Virus record (IMG/VR): IMGVR_UViG_3300043568_000598
Span: 1 to 64,000 of that record
From: a virus
DNA length: 64,000 nucleotides
Reading direction: 5' to 3' (one strand)
The position numbers and the translations under genes were made by a program. A model generated the notes under the pieces. It had not been told where the DNA came from, ran no database searches, and worked only from the letters and a program-made list of their open reading frames with translations. Of this stretch, positions 49,448-58,209 are shown in pieces (position 1 is the stretch's first letter; each line of letters opens with the position of its first letter).

Positions 49448-49458
49448 TAAATATACTT

Positions 49459-51345
49459 ATGGACGCAACAAACAACATCGCCACAGATTTATTCTACAAA
49501 GTACGTAGCCGCTTCTCCGGCCTAAAACTAGGTGCAGGTTCAGGGGAGATCACTATCAATCCAGAGCAAGCTAGGTTCTTTGATTTTGACTACACAGAAG
49601 GTCAAAATCCTATAGGACATGTCAGTATCAGCCTTGCAGAACCCAACTCTATGAAAGTGTATTTTTCTAATGGAATTACAGAAGGCATGGATGACGGGCA
49701 AAAAACAAACTGGTACGGCTTTTTGAAAGAACTGCGTCAATTTGCCAAACGAAGATTATTAAGTTTTGACACACGTGATATTGCTAAAGATAATTTAGAT
49801 AAACGAGATTACGAGTTCCTAAGTCAAAATGCACAACCTAAACCACAGACAAATATGATACAGAAATCAGTCGGAGAAAGCCTAATGAGTGAAAGCACAA
49901 TGTACGGTAGCAAAACAATGAGCTACCAAAAATTAATGGACACACGTCTAATTATTAAACACAGCCATGCAGTGATGGATGACACACAACCAGGTGCCAG
50001 AACTAGAAATATTAATGCCCTGTTTGTAGAGAATCAAGACGGTGAAAGATTTAAGTATCCTTTCATTCACTTAGCTGGTGCTAGAGCCATGCAGCGTCAC
50101 GTGGCCAACGGCGGCTTACCTTACGACGATCTAGGCAAGAGTATTACACAGATGAGCGAAGAGATTGCACAACTCAAGAGTTTCGGCAACTACGTAGTAC
50201 GCAACGACCTAATGAACTCAGATACTAACTCTGTGGTCGAAAGAAGCACAGAATATCTAAATCATCTAAGAGAACAGATCAAGGCATTGAGCAAACAAAG
50301 CCATTACGAGGCATACAAAGAATCATTCCAAGCCTACGACAGCGAAGAAATTCCACAAGATGTAGTAGAAGATTTCAAACAAAAATTCACGGTCAGATCA
50401 TTCAAAGAAGATATCGCAACTGTGTTTCCGGTCTTATACAGACTGATGAAAGAAGGAAGCACCATAGGCTATGACGACATAGTCGCTATGACACAAGAAG
50501 AAATCAACAACGAAGACCTAACGGTTGAAACAGAAGACAACGATCCATTTGCTCAATTTGAAAATTGGGTCATGGGTCTAGGCGAAGATAGTGCAGTGAC
50601 CAGTGAAGACCCCGACGAACAGGCAGCAGCATTACAGGAACTACAAGAACTTGTAGGCCAGCATTTTCCAGCAGGCGTTGACGGAACTAACGCTATCGAG
50701 AGTCTCAAAGGCTTAATTGAAGATCCAGAATTGTACAAACGAATTAAAGAACAAGCAGCACAAGATCCGGATGCATGTGTACGACCATTGATTAACGATT
50801 GGTTAGAATTTAATGCACCCGAAGCACTAGAACAGTTAGATTTTGGCGACATGGTGGATGACCCGGAAGCAGCCCAAGGAGGTGACCAAACTGCCCCGGA
50901 AGCGGAACCAGCACCAGTTGATCCAGCAGCAGCGGCTGTACCTGCAGAAGAACCAGTACCGCAAGAGGCTGTGGATCCCGACAATCCTAGGGACTACGAA
51001 AGACCAGCGATTGATCGTAAGAAGTCAGGCGAGCCACCGTTGACCATGAAAGATGTAGAATACAAAGACGACAAGCCCAAACGTGATTTCGAAAAGAGAA
51101 AGCAGAGGCTCAACACCGAAGAATTAGCAGAGTTTATCACATCATTTTATGATCGTGACACCGGCACATTCCCCAAAGGCCCAGAAGGCGTTGCTATCAT
51201 GGTAGGTAAGAAATTTGGTGAACAGGCAGAATCAGTGGCTCGTAGATTTGTAGAAAGAATGGCACCGAACCAGACAACTGATCAAAATCCAGAGTTGTCA
51301 CGTATTAGAGAATTGTCAGGCATTAGCCAAGGCATTGGAATGTAA
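49459..51345 (+). CDS. Large acidic hypothetical protein (start likely 49459)
   Basis: TAAATA-N5-ATG; globular-looking N-terminal half; acidic C-terminal half ending ELSRIRELSG. Confidence 0.65.
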   Translation: MDATNNIATDLFYKVRSRFSGLKLGAGSGEITINPEQARFFDFDYTEGQNPIGHVSISLAEPNSMKVYFSNGITEGMDDGQKTNWYGFLKELRQFAKRRLLSFDTRDIAKDNLDKRDYEFLSQNAQPKPQTNMIQKSVGESLMSESTMYGSKTMSYQKLMDTRLIIKHSHAVMDDTQPGARTRNINALFVENQDGERFKYPFIHLAGARAMQRHVANGGLPYDDLGKSITQMSEEIAQLKSFGNYVVRNDLMNSDTNSVVERSTEYLNHLREQIKALSKQSHYEAYKESFQAYDSEEIPQDVVEDFKQKFTVRSFKEDIATVFPVLYRLMKEGSTIGYDDIVAMTQEEINNEDLTVETEDNDPFAQFENWVMGLGEDSAVTSEDPDEQAAALQELQELVGQHFPAGVDGTNAIESLKGLIEDPELYKRIKEQAAQDPDACVRPLINDWLEFNAPEALEQLDFGDMVDDPEAAQGGDQTAPEAEPAPVDPAAAAVPAEEPVPQEAVDPDNPRDYERPAIDRKKSGEPPLTMKDVEYKDDKPKRDFEKRKQRLNTEELAEFITSFYDRDTGTFPKGPEGVAIMVGKKFGEQAESVARRFVERMAPNQTTDQNPELSRIRELSGISQGIGM

Positions 51346-51366
51346 CAGTTTCGTCGCAGTTAGATC

Positions 51367-51390
51367 GGGCACTTCGGTGCCCTTTCTTTT
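51367..51390 (+). terminator. Intrinsic terminator (UUCG loop)
   Basis: GGGCAC-TTCG-GTGCCC-TTTCTTTT. Confidence 0.9.
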
Positions 51391-51496
51391 GGCTAAATGA
51401 AATCAAACTTTTGTGTAAACGTTTAGTCCTACTAAAGCGTTATATATATACGTAGGGAATATTCTTTACGTAAAACAACCTAAAGGAAACTTTAAA

Positions 51497-51724
51497 ATGA
51501 AATCCATCGCAATCGTAGTAGCATCATTGTTCGCAGTATCGGCATTTGCACAAGCACCTGCAAAGAAAGAAGAAGCCAAGCCAGCAGCGCCAGCTGCTAC
51601 AGCAAGTGCTCCAGCACCAGCTAAGGTAGAGGCTAAGAAGGACGAAAAGAAGCCTGCAAAAAGCGAACCTGCTAAGAAAGAGCCAGCTAAAGCAGACGCA
51701 AAAGCCGCTACTCCAGCGAAGTAA
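51497..51724 (+). CDS. Small secreted Ala/Lys/Pro-rich protein (75 aa)
   Basis: Sec signal peptide MKSIAIVVASLFAVSAFA|Q; low-complexity mature part; AAGGA RBS. Confidence 0.8.
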   Translation: MKSIAIVVASLFAVSAFAQAPAKKEEAKPAAPAATASAPAPAKVEAKKDEKKPAKSEPAKKEPAKADAKAATPAK

Positions 51725-51899
51725 TTTCGGATTAGATGGCAGTGATCTCATCTTAGATGATGAGATCACATTTGGCCGTAATCGGCGAGCAGCAGAGTTC
51801 GGTAAGGTAGTTGAAGATGAGTTATCGGACTATGTAAAGTTTAGATTATGGTTAGCAAGGCAATTAGCAATGGCAAAGTATAAGGAAAAGTGGGCATGA
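51654..51899 (+). CDS. Unannotated overlapping ORF in the +1 frame (possible CTG start or frameshift)
   Basis: Stop-free frame 51630-51899 ending ...EFGKVVEDELSDYVKFRLWLARQLAMAKYKEKWA*; the stop lies in the loop of the following terminator. Confidence 0.5.
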   Translation: MQKANLLRKSQLKQTQKPLLQRSNFGLDGSDLILDDEITFGRNRRAAEFGKVVEDELSDYVKFRLWLARQLAMAKYKEKWA

Positions 51900-51914
51900 C
51901 CCGCTTTTTCTTTT
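51886..51914 (+). terminator. Intrinsic terminator
   Basis: AAAAGTGGG-CATGA-CCCGCTTTTTCTTTT. Confidence 0.7.
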
Positions 51915-51947
51915 GGTAAAATGAATCAAAAAAATAGCAGATAATCA

Positions 51948-51976
51948 TTGACCTTGATAAATAAAAAGCGCATAAT
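51948..51976 (+). promoter_or_regulatory. Sigma70-type promoter with embedded late TAAATA, upstream of gp32
   Basis: TTGACC-N17-CATAAT; TAAATA at 51958-51963. Confidence 0.65.
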
Positions 51977-52033
51977 AAAACATGTGCATAAGGCATATAA
52001 AACATTTTAGGCATAACATAGGAGGCATTTAAA

Positions 52034-53002
52034 ATGGCGTCACTCGCAGAAATCCGTGCTAAACTTCAAGAAGCACAATCAAAGTCCACAGGACAATCCA
52101 CCGGCGGTGGAGACAACGCAATTTACCCACATTGGAACATGCAAGAAGGCAAAGAAGCTGTCGTACGTTTCTTACCTGATGGCAATCCCAACAACACATT
52201 CTTCTGGGTAGAACGTGCAATGATCAAATTGCCGTTTGCAGGTATCAAAGGTGAAACAGACAGTAGGTCAGTACAAGTACAAGTTCCTTGTGTGGAAATG
52301 TACAACGACGGCACAGTTTGCCCAATCCTTTCAGAAGTTCGTGGTTGGTTCAAAGACAAGAGTCTTGAAGAAATGGGTCGTAAGTATTGGAAAAAGCGTT
52401 CATACATTTTCCAAGGCTTTGTGGTTGAAGATCCACTCAAGGAAGATAAACTTCCAGACAATCCTATCCGTAGATTTATTATCGGTCCCCAGATTTACGC
52501 TATCATCCGTTCAGCATTGATGGATCCGGAATTGGATGAGTTGCCAACAGACTTCTTGAAAGGTCTGGACTTCCGTATTGCTAAGACATCTAAAGGTGGC
52601 TTCGCTGACTACTCTACTTCAAAGTGGAGCCGTCGTGAGCGTTCATTGACTGATGTCGAATCAGCGGCAGTAGAAGCACATGGTCTTTTTGATCTCAGCG
52701 GATTCTTGCCAAAGAAACCCACTGATGTAGAACTCAAGGTCATGAAAGAAATGTTTGAAGCTTCCGTTGATGGTGAAGCCTATGACATGGATCGTTGGGG
52801 TCAATACTTCAAACCAGCAGGCATGAGTCAAGCCACTGGTGATCCTAATAGACCAGCAGCCGCTGCCGCCTCTGTGCCAGACGCTGATGACGAACCAGCT
52901 CCTGTAGCCAAAGCTGCTCCAGCAGCCGCTCCAGCAGCTTCAACAGAATCTGCCAGTCGTGCGCAAGACATCCTTGCCATGATTCGCAATCGTCAGAAGT
53001 AA
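52034..53002 (+). CDS. Single-stranded DNA-binding protein (T4 gp32-like)
   Basis: VRFLPD, CPI, YWKKRSY, G.DF...K...GFADY..SKW; acidic tail; GGAGG RBS. Confidence 0.88.
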   Translation: MASLAEIRAKLQEAQSKSTGQSTGGGDNAIYPHWNMQEGKEAVVRFLPDGNPNNTFFWVERAMIKLPFAGIKGETDSRSVQVQVPCVEMYNDGTVCPILSEVRGWFKDKSLEEMGRKYWKKRSYIFQGFVVEDPLKEDKLPDNPIRRFIIGPQIYAIIRSALMDPELDELPTDFLKGLDFRIAKTSKGGFADYSTSKWSRRERSLTDVESAAVEAHGLFDLSGFLPKKPTDVELKVMKEMFEASVDGEAYDMDRWGQYFKPAGMSQATGDPNRPAAAAASVPDADDEPAPVAKAAPAAAPAASTESASRAQDILAMIRNRQK

Positions 53003-53013
53003 TTAGACTAAAC

Positions 53014-53045
53014 ATAGAGTGTGGGGCAACTCACACTCTATTTCT
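53014..53045 (+). terminator. Stem-loop between gp32 and uvsX (partial terminator or processing site)
   Basis: ATAGAGTGTGGG-GCAA-CTCACACTCTAT followed by TTCT; GNRA loop. Confidence 0.7.
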
Positions 53046-53063
53046 CAACAGGGCAAAAAAATA

Positions 53064-54143
53064 ATGGCAAAAGCATTTGATATTTCTAAATTTAGAAAGT
53101 CAATCACTAAATCTATCGACGGTTTAAGTATTGGCTTCAACGACCCAACCGATTGGGTTAGTACAAACAACTACGCATTAAACTATCTTATCAGCGGAGA
53201 CTTTAAACGTGGTATTCCACTAGGCAAGGTAACTGTGTTTGCTGGTGAAAGTGGTGCAGGTAAATCATTTATCTGTTCAGGCAACCTAGTCAAGAATGCA
53301 CAAGCACAAGGCATCTTTCCAATCTTAATTGATACAGAAAACGCACTTGATGAAAAGTGGTTACACGCACTTGACGTCGACACAAGCCCAGACAAGTTGT
53401 TAAAACTTAACATGGCCATGATTGACGATGTGGCAAAGACTATTACAGAATTTGTGGCGGAATATAAAACAATGCCCGAAGACGAGCGTCCTAAAGTATT
53501 GTTCATTATCGACAGTCTTGGAATGTTACTGACTCCCACTGATGTTAACCAGTTTCAAGCCGGGGATCTTAAAGGTGACATGGGTCGTAAACCTAAAGCA
53601 CTAACAGCACTTGTTCGTAACTGTGTAAACATGTTTGGTAGTCTAGGCATTGGGCTGGTAGCAACTAATCACACATACGCAAGTCAGGATATGTTTGACC
53701 CAGATGACAAGATCAGTGGTGGTCAAGGTTTCATTTATGCAAGCTCAATCGTAGTTGCTATGCGTAAATTAAAACTAAAACTTGATGCAGATGGCAATAA
53801 GACCACAACTGTGCAAGGTATCCGTGCAGCTTGCAAGATCATGAAAACTCGTTACGCAAAGCCGTTTGAAAGTGTACAGGTTGAGATTCCTTATGAAACA
53901 GGTATGAGTCCATATAGTGGATTAGTCGACTTGTTCGAAGCCAAAGGCATGCTCAAGAAAGAAGGTAACAGCCTTGTCTACACTACTAAAGACGGTGAGA
54001 TCATCAAGCAGTTCCGCAAGGCTTGGGAACGCAATGAGAAAGACGGCTTAGACATTGCCATGGAAGACATTTCAAAACATGGCGAAATTTCCGCTTCAGA
54101 GATAACTACTATTGTTGAACCTGAAACGGAGATTACTGAATGA
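53064..54143 (+). CDS. uvsX: RecA-like recombinase UvsX (start likely 53064)
   Basis: GESGAGKS Walker A; IDTENA; IIDSLG; SGG.G..YASS. Confidence 0.92.
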   Translation: MAKAFDISKFRKSITKSIDGLSIGFNDPTDWVSTNNYALNYLISGDFKRGIPLGKVTVFAGESGAGKSFICSGNLVKNAQAQGIFPILIDTENALDEKWLHALDVDTSPDKLLKLNMAMIDDVAKTITEFVAEYKTMPEDERPKVLFIIDSLGMLLTPTDVNQFQAGDLKGDMGRKPKALTALVRNCVNMFGSLGIGLVATNHTYASQDMFDPDDKISGGQGFIYASSIVVAMRKLKLKLDADGNKTTTVQGIRAACKIMKTRYAKPFESVQVEIPYETGMSPYSGLVDLFEAKGMLKKEGNSLVYTTKDGEIIKQFRKAWERNEKDGLDIAMEDISKHGEISASEITTIVEPETEITE

Positions 54144-54373
54144 AAGAAGATTTAATTGCCGACTTATGGCATGTGGTAATTGGGCATATACCTGAAAAAC
54201 AAAGGCCAGATGTGGCCACTGATTTTGTAAACACACTGTTGGACTACGGTATCAAAGAAAGTGTATTGGACAGCCTGCAAGGAGTAGATCCCTTTCTTGA
54301 CGAAGCTATCACATATGCTATCGACGGTGAAGAGATTGAAGACGATGCCGACAGCTACGACGAAGAGGAATAA
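54140..54373 (+). CDS. Hypothetical acidic protein (77 aa)
   Basis: ATGA overlap with uvsX; GGAG RBS. Confidence 0.65.
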   Translation: MKEDLIADLWHVVIGHIPEKQRPDVATDFVNTLLDYGIKESVLDSLQGVDPFLDEAITYAIDGEEIEDDADSYDEEE

Positions 54374-54829
54374 ATGAATTGGTACGACAAGGTTAGTAAA
54401 GATATAAGCAACATTCCAGATGCTGCGGCCTATTATGAAGCTGAGTTAATCGAAGCAAAACAAGATGTCCGCATAGCGGGTAACATCGAGAAGGCAAGTT
54501 CGCAAATGCCCGGCATCGTGGAAGAACGCTTTAATCAACTTCAAGAAATTGAAGGTATCCTTGAGTACTTAAACATTGAACTTCGTAGACTTCGCAGTCA
54601 ACATTTTCGCAAGTATTTAGAAAACTATCAACGAGCTTTATCTTCTAGGGACTGTGAAAAGTTCGTAGAAGGTGAAGCTGACGTTGTAGATTTTGAAAAG
54701 ATCATCAACGATTTTGCCCTACTACGTAACAAGTGGTTGGGTATTATCAAAGCACTGGATCAAAAACAGTGGCATTTAAGTAACATTGTTAAACTACGAG
54801 TATCTGGGTTAGAAGACGCCAGTCTTTAA
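54374..54829 (+). CDS. uvsY: Recombination mediator UvsY-like
   Basis: Helical; LSSRD.EKFVEGE; K.LDQK.W.L.NIVKLR; next to uvsX. Confidence 0.75.
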   Translation: MNWYDKVSKDISNIPDAAAYYEAELIEAKQDVRIAGNIEKASSQMPGIVEERFNQLQEIEGILEYLNIELRRLRSQHFRKYLENYQRALSSRDCEKFVEGEADVVDFEKIINDFALLRNKWLGIIKALDQKQWHLSNIVKLRVSGLEDASL

Positions 54830-54860
54830 TGCTGGGTAATATACGCAGATAAATATCTGC

Positions 54861-55628
54861 ATGAAACGCATTGTACTAATCACAGGGGGTTTCGATCCCC
54901 TTCATTCTGGGCACATCGCCTATATCAACGCAGCTAAAGAACTTGGCGATTCGTTAATCGTCGGAGTTAATTCTGATGAGTGGTTACGCCGAAAGAAAGG
55001 GCAAGAATTTATGCCCTGGGAAGAACGTGCATCTATCATTGCCGCACTTCACTATGTTGATCGAGTTATTAACTTTGACGACAGCGATAACAGCGCCAAA
55101 GACGCCATTAAGAAAGTCAGAGCAATTCATCCAACAGCTCAGATAATCTTTGCCAACGGCGGAGATCGAACAAAAGAAAACATCCCAGAGATGGATCTAC
55201 TTCAAGAAATGCTTCACTTAGACTTTGTGTTTGGAGTTGGCGGCGAAGATAAAAAAAATTCTAGTAGTTGGATTTTACAAGAATGGAAAGCACCTAAGAC
55301 AGAACGTCCGTGGGGCTACTATCGTGTATTACACGAAGTACCAGGAATGAAAGTAAAGGAACTTACTGTTAATCCTGGGTGCAGTTTAAGTATGCAACGG
55401 CATCAACATAGATCGGAATATTGGATTGTAAGTGAAGGCAACTGTGCAGTAAATAGTACAATGCCTAACGGTTATGCACTTCCAAGTAAACAACTGTCAA
55501 TACACGATGAATTTAAAATACCAGTGCATGATTGGCATCAGTTAACTAATCCGTATACTACACCTTGTAGAATTGTAGAAATACAATACGGTGAACAATG
55601 TGTTGAAGAGGATATAGAAAGAAAATGA
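54861..55628 (+). CDS. Cytidylyltransferase-like domain fused to a mannose-6-phosphate isomerase-type cupin
   Basis: TGGFDPLHSGH (HxGH), GVNSD.WL..KKG, FANGGDR; then ERPWG.Y...LS.Q.H..RSE.W. Confidence 0.85.
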   Translation: MKRIVLITGGFDPLHSGHIAYINAAKELGDSLIVGVNSDEWLRRKKGQEFMPWEERASIIAALHYVDRVINFDDSDNSAKDAIKKVRAIHPTAQIIFANGGDRTKENIPEMDLLQEMLHLDFVFGVGGEDKKNSSSWILQEWKAPKTERPWGYYRVLHEVPGMKVKELTVNPGCSLSMQRHQHRSEYWIVSEGNCAVNSTMPNGYALPSKQLSIHDEFKIPVHDWHQLTNPYTTPCRIVEIQYGEQCVEEDIERK

Positions 55629-56305
55629 TTAATATTTTTATCGGGTACGACCCGCGAGAAGCTATTGCATTTCATGTGTGTACTAACAGTATTATTAGAC
55701 ATTCTAGTAAACCCGTAGCTATAACTCCGCTTGCTTTAAAGAACATGCAAGACTATGAAGAAAAACACACCGACGGTAGTAATCAATTTATCTATAGTCG
55801 TTTCCTTGTTCCACATCTTATGGAATATAAAGGATGGGCAATCTTTATGGACGGCGATATGCTGTTACGTGATGACATCGAAAAACTATGGGCGTTGAGA
55901 GATGAGTCAAAGGCGGTTATGGTTGTCAAGCACGACTATAAAACTAAGATGACAGAAAAGTATCTAGGGTCAAAGAACGAAGACTATCCTAGAAAAAATT
56001 GGTCAAGCGTCATCCTCTGGAACTGCGAACACGCTGCAAATAAAGTAGTTACTACTGAGTTTATAGAGAATGCCACTGGCGCACAGTTACATAGATTTAC
56101 ATGGTTAACCGATGATCTAATTGGAGAACTTCCTGCTGAATGGAATTGGTTGGATGTAGAATATGATCGTAACCCGTTAGCAAAATTAGTTCATTATACG
56201 TTAGGTACTCCATGTTTTCATGAGTTCGCTGACCAAGGAGATTTTGCAAACGAATGGCATAGAGAAAGGCTCTATGTTGATTACTGTTTACAGCGCGGCT
56301 TATGA
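55625..56305 (+). CDS. Glycosyltransferase (GT-A, GT8-like)
   Basis: IFIGYD.RE, F..SRFLVP, FMDGDM (DxD), RKNWSSV.LWN, HYT.G.P. Confidence 0.8.
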   Translation: MINIFIGYDPREAIAFHVCTNSIIRHSSKPVAITPLALKNMQDYEEKHTDGSNQFIYSRFLVPHLMEYKGWAIFMDGDMLLRDDIEKLWALRDESKAVMVVKHDYKTKMTEKYLGSKNEDYPRKNWSSVILWNCEHAANKVVTTEFIENATGAQLHRFTWLTDDLIGELPAEWNWLDVEYDRNPLAKLVHYTLGTPCFHEFADQGDFANEWHRERLYVDYCLQRGL

Positions 56306-57099
56306 TATTTCTCAGCAAGAACGGCGAAGATCCGTATATTAACATGTTTGCACAAGGCTGTAAGACTAAATTTACAGCAACTGATAATTTTCAATACAGC
56401 AGCAGTCAAGATCCTATTGTGCTGAGAGGCATTCTTAAAAAGAAAATAATTCATAAGTGTTGGGAAGATCAACGTGATTTCTATTATATGGATACAGGTT
56501 ATTTCGGTAACGAGATCACAGATTCTAATCCCAACGGATGGAAGTACTGGCATCGCATAGTAAAAAATGATCTACAGCATAACACTGTGATAAAGCGACC
56601 CGATGACAGGTTCCGTCATTTTAATAAAAAAATACACGAATGGAAGCCGCCTGGTAGAAAAATATTGATTGCGAAACCTGACGACAAACCCATGAGATTT
56701 TACGACTACGATATGCAGACATGGCTGGATCATGTAGTGTCAACTATTAAACAGCATACCGATCGTCCGATAGAAATTCGTGATCGTGCAGCTAAAAGAT
56801 TAGATCGAATGGTTACTAATACACTTCAAGAGGCACTAGATGACGATGTGTTTGCTCTAGTGACTTTCAACAGTGTAGCAGCCACAGAAGCTGTGTTTTA
56901 TGGCGTTCCTGTTTTTACGTTAGCCCCTTCAAACGCAGCAGCTCCAATGGGACTACAAGATCTCAGTTTGATAGAAACTCCTCGGTACCCGGACACAGAT
57001 GAGAGATACCAGTGGGCCTGCCATTTGGCTTACGGGCAGTTTCACAACAGCGAGTTATCTTCCGGACGTGCATTAGAATTATTACAGAAGAATTTTTAA
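56302..57099 (+). CDS. Capsule-synthesis-like (GT-B) protein, paralogue 1
   Basis: YYMDTGYF, TDRPI.IR, VTFNS.AA.EA...GVPVF, W..HLAYGQF. Confidence 0.6.
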   Translation: MIFLSKNGEDPYINMFAQGCKTKFTATDNFQYSSSQDPIVLRGILKKKIIHKCWEDQRDFYYMDTGYFGNEITDSNPNGWKYWHRIVKNDLQHNTVIKRPDDRFRHFNKKIHEWKPPGRKILIAKPDDKPMRFYDYDMQTWLDHVVSTIKQHTDRPIEIRDRAAKRLDRMVTNTLQEALDDDVFALVTFNSVAATEAVFYGVPVFTLAPSNAAAPMGLQDLSLIETPRYPDTDERYQWACHLAYGQFHNSELSSGRALELLQKNF

Positions 57100-57102
57100 A
57101 AT

Positions 57103-58209
57103 ATGAAAGCACTAATAAGCGACAAAGAGATAGCAAATTTTTTAGTGACACTGATTACTAAAAGTTTCAGTGACGCTGATATAGAAACTGCGTTATCTCT
57201 AGAATACAATGAGCAAGAACTAGGTAATGAAATTTTAAATGTCATTGAAAAACGAGATTCTGGAAAACTACACAAGTTCAAAGATAAGATAAAAGGAAAA
57301 CTGCACTCAGCAGTAAGCAACGATCTACGAGCACATGTTAATAAACTTCAAAATTTTTTAGACGGTACCCGCAAGAGAAAAGAATATGTTATTAGAAAAA
57401 ATATTACAGCGATTATAGAAACCTTAGGTGCTGACAATATTCTGCAATTATACAAAGACAGCAATGAACAAGGATTTGTTAAATCAACAGCATTGCACAT
57501 TGACTCGAATACAGAGTTAGTTAGGCGGTCAGTTTATCAAGAATCCGCCGAAACATGCTTTTTTAGAAACATGGACGGTAATGAACAAATGTTACTGTCG
57601 AGAATGGGAGGAGGGCATCCATTCTGGTTTATTGATACAGGGTATACAAACTTTTTACACGGAAAACAGAAAGTATGGCATCGATTGGTTAGAAATAACT
57701 TGCACCATTCGGCAATGTTTAATCCCCCAGTAGATAGGTTGGGAATTTTTGAATCGTTTCCACAATCTTGGAGAGAAGGCGGTGATAAAATTTTAATTAT
57801 AGAACCCGGCGGATTTTCTGCAAGAACGTTTGGTATTGATATCGCCCAGTGGAAAAAAGAAGTCGAAGTTGAAATTAGAAAATATACTGACAAAAAAATA
57901 GTTATTAGAGAAAAACTAAGTAAGAAAGTTAGACAAAATCTATATAAAGAATTGTGCGACGATGATTACTATTGTGTTATAAACATCAATTCAAATGCTG
58001 CTACAGAAGCAGTGTGGGCTGGCGTACCTATAATCACACTTGATAAACATATTACTAATTCAATTAGTCGATCAAAGATTTCGGAAATAAATGATCTTGC
58101 AAGACCTCATCTTGCCAACTGGTTGTGTACGCTCAGTTACAGCCAATTTACCTATGATGAATTAATAGACGGTACTGCATCAACAATAGTAAAAAAATAT
58201 CATGTCTAA
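57103..58209 (+). CDS. Capsule-synthesis-like protein, paralogue 2 with N-terminal extension
   Basis: FIDTGY, TDKKIVIR, NSNAATEA..AGVP, WL..LSYSQF. Confidence 0.6.
   Translation: MKALISDKEIANFLVTLITKSFSDADIETALSLEYNEQELGNEILNVIEKRDSGKLHKFKDKIKGKLHSAVSNDLRAHVNKLQNFLDGTRKRKEYVIRKNITAIIETLGADNILQLYKDSNEQGFVKSTALHIDSNTELVRRSVYQESAETCFFRNMDGNEQMLLSRMGGGHPFWFIDTGYTNFLHGKQKVWHRLVRNNLHHSAMFNPPVDRLGIFESFPQSWREGGDKILIIEPGGFSARTFGIDIAQWKKEVEVEIRKYTDKKIVIREKLSKKVRQNLYKELCDDDYYCVININSNAATEAVWAGVPIITLDKHITNSISRSKISEINDLARPHLANWLCTLSYSQFTYDELIDGTASTIVKKYHV

Noticed and set aside
51345-52033. tRNA or known riboswitch in the largest apparent intergenic gaps
   Set aside because: No cloverleaf or T-loop motif seen; the space is explained by terminators, promoters and two small ORFs
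53019-53063. N-terminal extension of UvsX from the GTG at 53019
   Set aside because: That start lies within the intergenic hairpin; the ATG at 53064 is more plausible
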